The notes under the pieces: model-generated | The model's database searches: none | What the model was told of the DNA's origin: nothing | What the model saw: the letters and a program-made list of their open reading frames with translations, nothing else | Position numbers and translations under genes: made by a program | Source of the DNA: Amphiscolops sp. MND2022 | Lineage: Eukaryota | Length of the DNA stretch: 64,000 nt | Assembly (NCBI GenBank): GCA_964187785.1 | Contig: OZ076409.1 | Span: forward strand, 39,062,001-39,126,000 | Reading direction: 5' to 3' | Shown: one piece after another, positions 25,901 to 37,900 of the stretch | Position numbering within the stretch: position 1 is the stretch's first letter | Layout of the letters: every line of letters begins with the position of its first letter

Positions 25901-28900
25901 GTGTTTGCGCTGTTCAGGTAGTGTGAACTGAAATGAATGGTCGTTTTAATTGCTTTAGTTTGTTTGTTTTGAAATTCTAATTTGGAAGTGTTTGCTATTG
26001 AGTGGCTAGTGTTATTGTGTGTCGCAATTGTAAAACAATTGACTGCACGATCTAGGCTCATAACTGCCATGACTGCTATTAGCAGTCGTTAGTGATGTCT
26101 TCAATTTTGATTAAGTTAAAATAAAAAAAAATTAATGGAATTTCATGTTTGGTGTGCTACAGAAAATCATTGTTTGTTGTGTAGTGTAGCACGTTTGCGT
26201 AAAATGTTCTCATGATTTTCAGTTGGAGTGGTTGTTTTGCAACAATTTTCGTACTACAGGTTTTACTTGGAGTTCGTGAACGAGGAAGTCTCGATAGGTC
26301 TTCAGTGTAGGTTGCGCCCGTAGGTTGTAACGGGTAGTGTTATTGCGCGACGTTACCGGGGCTTCGTCGTTGTTGTGTGGCAGCTCGTTCTGGTGGGTTG
26401 CAGGTTGATCGGGTTCGGCCCGATTTTCGTCGTTTAGATGAGTACTGACAACAGGGTCGTCAGTCGGTGGCACGAATGTTTGAGGAGAGTTTTCAGGTAT
26501 AGGTTGTGCCATTTGTCGGTCTGGTGACCTTTGAGCTTGTTCATAGTATATGATACCATGTTCAGTGTCGAGTTCTTCAGGAGGCGGCAGTGCGGGCGTT
26601 CGCTCAAAATGGATCGTCTGAGGTACATGGTCGTTAAATAGATCCTGGTCGTCGAACGCTTCTGGGTCGGCATAGAAGAGATTTGGATCTTCTTCGATGT
26701 CGTGTATGGGTGCGTTCGGGATGAAAGGTCGTAAACGCATCCTATGAACGCACTGTGTACGGGAAGTGCCAATTTTTCTCACTATGTAGTTGAAGTTAGT
26801 TAAGACTTTTACTACTTTAAAAGGGCCTTCCCATTTAAAATGGTTGAATGCAATTTTGTCGGACTGGTCAGTGATTTTCGGGTTGAGAAGGAAAACGAAG
26901 TCATTAACCTTTAAAGGTGATGCCTGGGCTTCACGGTCGTAATACCTTTTGTACTTGTGGTAAGCTTGGAGTATGTTGTCGTTTACTTGTTTGTACTTTT
27001 CGTTCACTTGGTCAATCAATTTCGTCAAATCAGCATCTTGTGTGCGGCATTGCAGGGGGTTGCTCAATTTAAGGTCTAAGGCGTTGAACGGGACTCTACC
27101 ATGAAACACTTCGCTCGGAGTACACTTAAGTGATTGGTGGTAGGTCGTGTTATGAGCCATAACCGCTAAGTTAACGTACTTGTCCCATTGCGGAGAGTCA
27201 GCTGCAACATTGATTTTCAATATTTGTTTTAGCTTTTGGTGGGAACGTTCAACCTATCCTATGGTCTGTGCATGTTTTACAGTTGCGTGTTCGATTTGAA
27301 TTCCGGCAGTTTTCATTAGTTCGGTCATGATGCTGAATGTGAATGCCGTGCCTTTGTCAGTGATGATGGTCTTGGGTACGTAGGCGTGACGGGTAACGAT
27401 TTGCAACAGTGCATTGACTACTGATTTTGTGTCTGGTTTGCGGATCGGGATCGCGAACAGATAGCGCGAGAAGTAATCGCACGCCGTCAGGATTTGCGTA
27501 TATCCATTTGAGCAGGGCAGTTCGCCTACTAGATCAATTTCGAGTATGTCTTCAGGACCGTTGCAAGGGTCGTAGATTTTTTCAAGCGGTGGGATTAGGT
27601 GTTTTGGGTTAACAGGTTTAGCTTTTAGACAGTCTGTGCAGTTACTAACAAATTTTGAAACGTGTTCACTAAGGTTAGGTATGTAATAACGCTTGCGGAG
27701 TTCTACCAACATTTTGTTGTTTGCCTCAGGGTGTCCCTGCATGGGGTCGCCATGCATCGTCCTGATTATGGGCAACGTAGTTTCTGGAGGTACTACAATT
27801 TGTTTAAATAGAACTCTACCAGTGTTATCAAAAAACTTCCTGTACAAGGCCTTGTTGACTACTTCAAGACGTTCTCTGTTTTTTACTAGTTTTTGGAAGA
27901 AAGTACTGGCAAAGTTTACGTGGTTAGGGAAGGGTTCGTCGTTAACTAAGACTCTTATCATTTTTTGAACGTCTTGGTTACTTAGTTGTGCTTGGATTAT
28001 TTGTGAATCCCCTTGCGGGCATACCTGGTTTACCGTGTTTACCGCTGTTTTCGGGTGAACTTCGTCAGCGTGATTGAGGGGGTTCCGTTTGCCAACACTG
28101 GTTCGAGGTGACGACTGATGATCTGGATCATTCTGGTACGGTCGTCGTCGTGTTGGTCTCGGGTGTTCGCGAGGGAATGCAGTAGTGATTGCATTTGGTT
28201 GAGGGCGTCATGGGTGTTGGTTGTTTCAGGTTTGTCCTGCTCCGGGGTGTCAGCTGGTGTATTGTGCTGTGGTTGATCAGGGTCGTAGTCTTCTTCATTG
28301 TCATCCTGCTTCGGGGTTTTTGCTGCTAAGTCAATCTCGATGTAATGGACGGGGATCTGGTCGTTCAATTTCAGGTGGATCCTATCCTCAGGGTTAATGT
28401 CTAGCCTGGACAGGTAGTCAGCAGCTGGGTTTTCCACACCTGGCACGTGGGCTAGTACGAAGTCAAATTGCAGTGCTTGGTCGCAATGATTCCACAATTT
28501 CGGTGGGATTCGCTTTGACTGGAAGAAGCGGGTCAGCGCTTTGTTGTCTGTCATCACGATGGTGGGCTTCTTGACTCCCCACAAAATGTGGGCGAACTCA
28601 TCGAAGGCGAAATGCATGGCCAGAAACTCCTTCGCATACATAGTCAGTGACATTTGGCCTTCAGTGAATCGTTGGGACCCAAAAGCAACAGGTGCGTACG
28701 TCTTCTTCTTGTCGTCGTTGCTTTCAGTGTAATCCTCGATAAGCAACACGTACCCTGCTGCATGTTCGCTGGCGTCACACATGATGACGAGTTGCTTGTC
28801 GGGTAGTGGTAGTCGAAGTGACAGTTTCGCAGCTCGTGCTAGTATTTCGTTGATGTCGAAAATTGCGTCCTTGTGTACCTGCGTCATTGCGAACTTGACA

Positions 28901-31900
28901 TCTTTTTGCAGTAGCTTGTACAGTGGGACGAGCTTCTCAGCCACTTTCGGGATGTATTGCCTGTAGAATTGCACAAATCCAATGTAACGTTGAAGTGATT
29001 TGACTGATGTTGGTAGTTTGAGTTTTTTGAGGAATATGTCAATCCGGTCTGCAAGGGGTGCGATGCCTTTGGTTGTTATGCTTCGTCCCAGGAATTCGAC
29101 TTTCGGATGTCCGAAGGCGCACTTTGACATCGAGAGTTTCAGTCCTGCCTTCTGTATCTGCTGGAACACTGCTTCGATGTTGGCAACCAGTTCGTCCACG
29201 TTGTGTGCAGCGACTCCAATGTCGTCAACGTATTGTGCACATTTGTCTGCTTTTACTAGTGCATCAAGATACTCTCGGATTGTGCTGTTGAATGCTGACA
29301 GTGATTTGTTCAATCCTTGAGCAAGACGAAGGTATGCAAAGGTCCTGCTGCCAAAATTAAATGCAAGAAGCTGGATTGACTGTTCGTCGGCCATCTGGAG
29401 ACAGTGGTAAGCTTGTGAACAGTCGAGCTTACAAAAGTACTTCTTGCCAGCCATGTGTTGAGCGGCGTCTGCTATCGTCCTGACCGGGTGATTGTGTTGG
29501 TTGTAGTCGTTCTTGAGGAGGTGGTTGATACGTCTCAAGTCGACTAGTATTCGCAATTTTCCATTGGGTTTCCGCTGTGCAAATATCGGGGACGAGTATT
29601 TGCTGTATGGAAGTGTGGTGATGATGCCGTATTCTTGCATCAGAGCCAGTTCGACAAGGAGGTCGTCTTTCAGGTTAGTCGAGGTTGGTAGGCTCTGTGC
29701 GTACACCGGATCATTATGCTTGGGTGTCAGGTTGATTTTGAAATCCGTGTTGATGCCTATATCAAGGCGGTGACGTGCAAAAATCGTTGTGTATTTGACC
29801 AACAGTGCTTCAATCCTTTGTTGTTCCTGTTCGATGAGGATTGAGTCGTCCCAGTTGAAATTCTTCAGGAACGCTCGTCGTTGGTCGTCGTCACGTGTGG
29901 GGTCGAGTTTCTCGGCTTCTCGGAGTTGAATGATTTCGTCGTAAATCCGGCGTTCGATTTTATTCAGTTTATCAGGGTCGTCACATGTATCGGGTGTTGG
30001 GTACCATCGTTTGTCCTTGTTTGTATCTGGTTCCTGGAACAACTGGTTGATCACGTTGTTGGCCTCGTCTGGAAACTTCGAAATGAGGGTCAGTTGCTCG
30101 TTTGTCATTGGTTGGACGTTCTTTGCTTGGTTTGGGGTTAAAATGCGAAAGACTGCAACTGTTGTGTGTTGGGGTATTGTTATTGTGTGGTCCAAGTAAT
30201 TGGTGATTTGGACATGGCTCTGCTGGTCGTTTATTTCGGACATCGATGGGGATACCAGCAATTCCGTCTTTCGTTCGAATGCCGGGAACGCTTCCACCGT
30301 GCCTGTTACATGGCCGATGTCTTTTTCTGCTACCACTGGGATGAAGACTTGTTGTCGCGGTGGTATGGTTGTCTTCTGTGATGTACTGAGTTCCAACATT
30401 TGCAATTTGAACTTCCCATTTTGTGGTCTCAACTGAAGGGTGATTTCTGGGAATCTGACAATATTGTTTGCGAGGTCTAGTGTTACCGATTAATTTTTGA
30501 AAAATGACATTCCGATCAAAATGTTTCTCATTGTCGGCAAAATCATAAATGTTTCTTCGAATACTTTTCCTCCGATAAAGAATCGAAGGAAAACTTGTTT
30601 CCGGACTGGGACTATACTTCCATTGGCAATTTGTACTTTGAAGTCCGGGGTATTCTTCAAGTTGGGCTGCTGGGTGGGCTTGCAATATCCGGCGTAGTTC
30701 ATTTTCCGACATTGCACTTTTGATAGCACCTGTGTCTAGTAGCCCTTGGTTTTCATATGCTCTGATCTGAATTGGAGGGGGACGTAGAGCATTTTGTTTC
30801 TCTTGTCTAGCTGTAATGTTGCACTGAGGGGTTTGATAGTAGTTGGTTTAATGTTATTTGACGACTTCGGTTGTGATGGGTTGTTTTTATGACTTGTTTT
30901 CGTCTGAGTAGTCCGTGTGTTGGGTGGTGAGTCCTTTGCAGTACAGTCCTTTGTTGTACACGTAGGGTCATCTCCAACTAATGGGAGTATGTGGTAGTTG
31001 TTGGGTGATACCTTGTGTACGTAGTATTTTTTGGAGTGTTGAGGCCGATTGCCAGAATGCTGCCGACATTCCGACGTCTGAGTCTTCGAGTCATAGTTGT
31101 GGTTAGTTTGAGGTTGTTTGCGCGCACTGGTAGTCTGGTTGTGTTGAGGATGACGTGGCTTTACAAGTTTTTTGAATTCTGGTTGAATTCTTTGTTGTAA
31201 TCCTCGTCATAACAGTCATTATGTACTTCGGTCTGGGTGGTCTCACTTGTTGCTTGTGATATCTGGTATTGTGGTTGTTGCGTGGGTTTTGGGATTGTCG
31301 GAAATCTCGTCGGAACTCACGATTCTCCATTATGGACTGTTTTTGATAAGGTACATTCTGGTATGCTGATGCACCTGGGACTCGGTTTCTGCAATCTCGT
31401 GCAGAGTGTCCAACTTTGCCGCAGATTTGGCACACTAGCTTCGAGTTGTAGCGGGGTTTGTCAGTCTGAGGCTGCTGGTTGTTGTTGTCCTGTTGGGTGC
31501 GTTGGTAAGTTTTTGTGTTGATTCCGTTTGCTTCGTCTCGGAGGCGTTTTCGGCAGTCAATCCACTTGTGTCCAACAATGTTGCAGTATCTACAGTTGCC
31601 TTCGAATTTTCGTTTGACCCCATGTTGGCTGTTGGTTTCCCCGGAGTGCTGGTGGTAGCTGTTTGTTGGTTGGTTTGCTGCTTCGCGGGGTAATTCTGGA
31701 TGTTGTTCAGAGGTTGCATCCCTGCAGGGGTGGGTAGCAGTTGTGCATATTGGCAACGTCTTTGTACAAAAGTCTTAATTTCCTCGCTGGTTGCGTCGTG
31801 TTTTCCTGCCATTGCCAAATCATTCTGGATTTGTATGGGTAATTTGGCAAACAGGAATGTTTCAACTATGTCATTGGCTTTGTCACCATACGCCTGTTTT

Positions 31901-34900
31901 GCTAATTTTTTGAATTTCGTTAGAAAATCGGCAAATGACTCCGTTGTTGGGTCGTACCTCATTTGATCGAATTTGTACTTCGATACTTCTTTGAGGTCTT
32001 CTTTGGCGTATTCCTTGCTGAATGCCTGGAGGATTTCGGTGAGTGTTGTTTCGGTCGTTATCTTCAGAGTTTGCCAGAAGTCGATGGTGTCATCTCTGAG
32101 GAGGCTTTCGAAGTAATTCAATTTCTGCTCGTCCGTCAGTTTGTGCATATGTGGCCGGAGATGATTTTTGAGTAAGTGTTCGAACTCATTGTACTTCTCT
32201 CGGTTGCCACGGAATAGAGGGACTTGTGTTTGGAGTATTTTGGGCTAGATCACTCCATCGGTCATTGTTGTTCTGAGGTGCTGTATCTCGGACATGACTT
32301 CTCCCATTTGTGGATCAAGTAAGGAATGTGGAGTCCTTCTTGGTGGTTGCGTGTTGGGTGTAGGTGGTGGGTTCGCCAGGACTCCTGTCACAGAACGAAA
32401 CGTGAAGGAGAATGATATATGCATCTGTATTTGTGTCAGAACGTGCAGACGTCTCCGAGTTAAGTACGTCTCTGTTGTTCTCTTCCCTACTATTCAATAA
32501 TCTATCAGTAAGGGCTTTCACAATACTGGTAAGTTCTCCAATTTGGCGATTCATTTCCAAGAAACGTTGTTCAAATCTATGATTTTCGTGGTCCCTCTCT
32601 ATCTCTCTCATGTCATTTTCCGTCTCATTTTCCAAGACATTTTCACCGAAATGGTCAGCAACACTCATGTTATCTTCGTCGTCAGAATACCTACTAGTTC
32701 CAGATTGCTCGATTCTATTTTCTCTGTTAAACCTCGATCGAGTATTAACCATGGTTGAAAAGTTATAGTTTTAAACGGTTTGAATTATGAATGGTAAATG
32801 TAAGAATCAGATTTTTGTAAAGTGCTTGTCAAGGTACGACTGGATTTTACAGTAGCAAAGTTCTCGTGTGTTGGATTTTCAAATTGTAGTAGCACCTTCA
32901 AACTTGTAATTACTCGTTAATTGCACTCGATTATTTGAGTCTCTTTCCAATTGGTTATTTTGGTTAACCTGCTGTTAGCACCTCATGGTACATTTTGTAC
33001 GACTGGTCACTTCAGTCGTTGTTAATTACCACTTCGGTACTTTCACTCTATTATCACACCAGTATGCATCATTTACCTTGCAACTTCACAGCGCGTACAA
33101 GTGATTGAAGTGTTGAATGTAATTACTGCATTTGATCGTTGGTAATATTGCTCTAATTAGCACTAGGTACAAATGGACGACTATTGATCGAAGTCGTTAC
33201 TGGTAATTTCGCAAAGTTTTGAATGAATGAGTATTTATGAACTAAACGATGCTAAATGACTATTGGTGAACTAAACGATGCTCTAGTAATTGGACTATTG
33301 ATGATTTAGATATGAAAAAACTGCATGTATGTTTAAGTAAAGGTACAACCGGATATGCCAGTCGTTTGTGTAAAAGTTTCATGTATTGCACATAAAGGTT
33401 GCTGAATTCGATTATCTGTTTTAGTCGTTATTGCTAAACAGGTGAAAGGAAAATATGTTCTTGTAAAAATTGTCGAAGCACACTGGTAATTTGTGACATT
33501 GGTGAAATTGGGGTGACGACTTCATAGTACAGTCGTCCATTATATGCGTCTACATGTGTTTGTGTTTTAAATGTTTCAGTCGGTTGGTGGAGACTTCATT
33601 CTTCAGTCGTTGTAATTCATACCAACCGGTATGACAATTTGGATATTTGAAGTACAGCATTTTTTTAAATAAACGTAAACTCAAAAGATCTTTGATAGAA
33701 GGCGCATGATTCCCATGAAACCACTTTGATGGACAAAACAGACGGCAAGTTGAAACTTTGAATGAGTTTGAGAAAAAATCACAACAAAAGGTCCGAGAAG
33801 CTGTAGGATATTTTCGCCCCAATTATTTCAGCAACAATTATTCAAAAATCTTTTCAAGCTGGAGCAAAATTAGACTTGATAAAAAAAGTTTACCTATCTT
33901 CGTGTGCTACGAGCTTTACTTTTTGTCGTTCAGTTTTTTGTGTGTAAAGAGGAGGGTTATATCAAACCTTTCTTATTTTCCCACACTAAAATGTTGGAGA
34001 GAAAAATATAAACAGTTTCGGAATTGCTTACCACGAGAAATGGATATTTCGAGGGCATCGCTTTCAATGGTACCCTCTCCAGTAGCATGGTAAGTTGCGC
34101 CATCAAAAAATACTCTGGTCAGAGACAGATTGTACAAGTTTTCTTTATTGGGTATCAAGTTGGTCACCTCAGTGCCGTAGTAGTTAATAACGGACTGGTA
34201 GTTGTTGAAATTCTCAGGTCCATCCATATCAGGGAGACCGAAATCTTGCAACGATTTTGTTGTAGGACACGTTGGTTCCCTTTCATCCAACCAAGAGACT
34301 TCGATCCATGGTCTGAAAGTTTCGGGTCTTATAGCATCGTAAGTGACGTTCAATGAATCCTTGGTAATGGCTGGAGGTTCTGAAAAACGCCAAGCAATGC
34401 GTAACCATTCAATGCAATCAAGTTGATAATGCATACTGAATGAATTTCTTCAAAATACGGCTTACATAAATTTGAAATTTGTTGGGAAGCAATGATTTCA
34501 TGATCCTATTTATAGAAATGGGTAACAAGACGCCCGCTGAGGAGCGGGATATTTTCCGCCCCGAACTGTTCTACAACTACATTTTCGTCATTTTCGTCAT
34601 TTTTTAAAAAAACTTCAAAAATCTCTACAAATACATATCACACGAAGCTAAATTTATGTGGGTTGAATTCTATGGGTAACACCCTTAAATTTAAATATAA
34701 ATAAAATCTTGGCAAATTTTGTAAAAAAAAAAAAACCCGTTTGATTTAAATATTTTCCTTTCCCATATGAAATATGGGCGGAAAATAAAAACTATATGAA
34801 TTCGAATCCGGGTAACGATAATGCCTGTTATTCTTATGCATATTTCTAGAAAATTCTATACAGTTTAGATTTAAAGACTTCTGTTTTGGGCTAACTTAGG

Positions 34901-37900
34901 AATCCCAGTATCTGAGCCTCACAGATCTGAAATTCAGCACTGGCATGTCGGAAGTGCACGAATTTGGCGAAGATGCCGCCCAGGCACTCCGAGTTCTCAT
35001 AGTTGTTGGTCCCTGGAGCTGCACTTCCGCACTGGGTAATTTGGGTGAGGCCCACCGTTGGACCGGCTAACACAGCTATGTTGCTTGGCACACCAGGAGT
35101 AGCTGAAAAGACAAAAGTTAATCTGTATAATATTTTGAGCCAAAGTTTGTAACGGCACCCTTTGGTACACCCAAAATCAGTCGATATTGGAATTGGAAGA
35201 TGTTCAGAAATTTGTGAAAATTTCTAATTCGCTATCATAGACTATCTAACTCATAGGCTATCTAACTTGCTATCATGATTTGACGTGGTACTGAGCATGT
35301 GATTTCCGAGCTGAAACGTGGATTTTGCCAATTAATTGTTGTGGACGAGAAAACTGTACGTTGCTTTGATTTTAAGGCTACTTTGACAATTTTAGACCTT
35401 ATCCCGCAAGGCACTCTGAATGACGAAAACTTACATTCTTTCTTCTTGGAACGTTTTCAAAGCAGCCTAAGCGGTGATTTTGAAGATAAAAGGCATAACT
35501 TAACGTTACTGACAGCAATTACAGACTGGGATAGGTGGGCAAGTGCTCCTTAGAAGCGCGACTTCCTCCTGACATGTTTTATCACAGGAGGCAAAATGGG
35601 CTTATGGCTATGGGCACCTCTCCCGGGCAAATACCCATGTCAAAGGTTCCCCCAATTTGGTTCATTTGAGAACTAACTAATTCTGAATTTATTTTTTTTT
35701 CGAGTTAGAGAACGAATGAAAGCATGCAATCCGCAACATAACAGAAACGTCACAGATATGCCAACAGGCTGATCTTATGGAAATTTTGAAAAACTCTTTT
35801 TTGGAAGCCGAAAACCATTTTTTGTGCTAACAAAGCTTCTTTTTAACTGAAAAGTGACCTTCTGGTGAACTGACAAAATTTTCAAAAAAGTACCGAAAAA
35901 AACAAAGGCTATATGCAGTTGTTCCAGAGTATCTGCCAATTTATTGGAACTAACATCAGAAGTCTAAGTTTTGGTGATTTTTGTCTACGTGGTATATGAA
36001 AGCCACCAGTGTCGCAGTCAATCGAATATCGTCTATCACAAGTCTGATTTATAGAAATGTACCGTAATTCAATTGATTATGTAACTGTTCACATCACACT
36101 CATCTCTTCATCTTTTCCAGTTTCTAGCCTACCTCTAGATTACTAGATGATACAGTCAGTGCCCATTATAAATCTCTTAAAGCAGCTGAACTTAGAACAC
36201 AAGAACGATCGGGACTTTCAGCAATTCAGACACGGGCCCATCAATCGTAGATGCCGAACTACGGAACGTTAAATTTCTCAGATTTAACATACTCGAGAAC
36301 GAAACATGGGCACGGTTTCAATACAATTAAAAAATCAATTTCAAGACAAAACAGCTGAACATAGTTACAAAAGCACTGGCTAAAAACAAGAAAAGGCTCA
36401 ATAAAAACTCTATACATTGCTAGGATACAGCGGAAAGCCACTCCCCAACGAAGGGATAACAAAAACGCAACATTGTTACTAAAAATGAACCGTTAAAGAA
36501 AAACAAATAAACGAATCCCAAAGACTAGACAAACAAAAAGAATGAAGAACATGGCCGGTGTATTGTAATCGTTACCTACTTTCGAAAAATTACAAACGCT
36601 CCATTCATCATAGTTAACAAATTACCACTAAAACGCAGTGGACATTTTTAAGAGAAAAAAACAGAACGTTTGAAAAACGGGACAATCGAGCACAGTGGAA
36701 TGAACCTGGCAGTTGGGCTGAAAGTCTCTCCCAATTACAAACACAGACGCGCTAAGGTGCTATAGAAAGGTTCACTGAAATAAGGTTCACTGCTATGAGA
36801 GCAAGGTTCACTGAAATCGCACTTGGCAAAAGAAGGAGGCCATTCGAATGAGATGCAGCATCATCACAAATTTTTTCGGCAGAATACAAAAGTTAGGAAA
36901 AAAAATTTTCAAGCTTCCTTGTCAACCAAAACACAAAAGGGCCAAATCGTAGCCCATGTTTTTTCTAGCATACTTGTGTCGAGGTTACTGCAACTGCAAC
37001 CGTCATTTTTGCTTTTCCACGGAAAACGCATGTAGGAGAAATTTAACGTATTTCAGAAAACGTTACTTTGAAGCTCAGTGTATGCTTCTTCCAGAAGGGG
37101 AAATATTTATAACTTTCAACTCTGAGCTCAGAGATTCGAAAGACTTCGAATTAGAAAAAACCTCAAATTTCTCCAACAAGAAGCAGTGGATAAACAGAAA
37201 AACAAAAACTAAGAACCCTACAATCCTATCGCTTCAGAATGGAAAGTTTTCCGAAATGCAAAAGTCCGAACAAGGACACGCCGTTCAACAGAGAAAAATT
37301 AATTTTAAAAGCTTGAAAATCTGGTGTGGAAAACTGAAAATCAGAATGTCTTCTTTAATGAAGAAATTTTAAATAGAAAAAAATTTTTCATTAACCTCAC
37401 TATAACAAACGAAAACAAAAGAATCTAACGGAAATTGTCCAACTACAACTCATTCGTTTCTCGTTTAAATTACATTTTCAAAACAAAAAGAAAACTAAAT
37501 GAGATAGTTTACTCGGTGAAATGCAGCAATCGCTAAATCTTCAGCCATTCAAATAACGTCGTGCAACTTACGACGCATCTGGAGAGCTATGCGGATTCCG
37601 TAAAAGCCATCGTTTTCCGCTATGAAACAAAATATTTCCGCTCCCTGTTTCTGATTAGGAAAGCACCATTTTGGTTCAATAAAGGAAACACATTGATATA
37701 TCAATTGGAAGCAAACTCAAAAGATGCACACTTAGGATAATTGAAAGAGTCAGTGACTAGGTAATAAAATGAGGACTCCTTTAAAGATTGATCACAAAAT
37801 CAGTTAATTTCCTCATGGGATCTTTTCTGTTAATCCCCCCCCCACCGATTTAATTCAACACCCCCCCCCCCCATTTAAGCAGTCAAGAGAAATTATCATT

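Larger units (their letters stand above)
18156..33636 (-). mobile_element. Element B: 15.5-kb Ty3/Gypsy LTR retrotransposon with an antisense cargo gene
   Basis: Two 1203-bp LTRs, about 13 substitutions apart by eye. TSD ATTTG at 18151-18155 and 33637-33641. PPT at 19359-19371. Domain order gag-PR-RT-RH-IN. Confidence 0.95.

Noticed and set aside
34380..34435. Alternative acceptor at 34436 / ATG at 34434
   Set aside because: Its phase is incompatible with exon 3; the 34380 acceptor is stronger and in phase.
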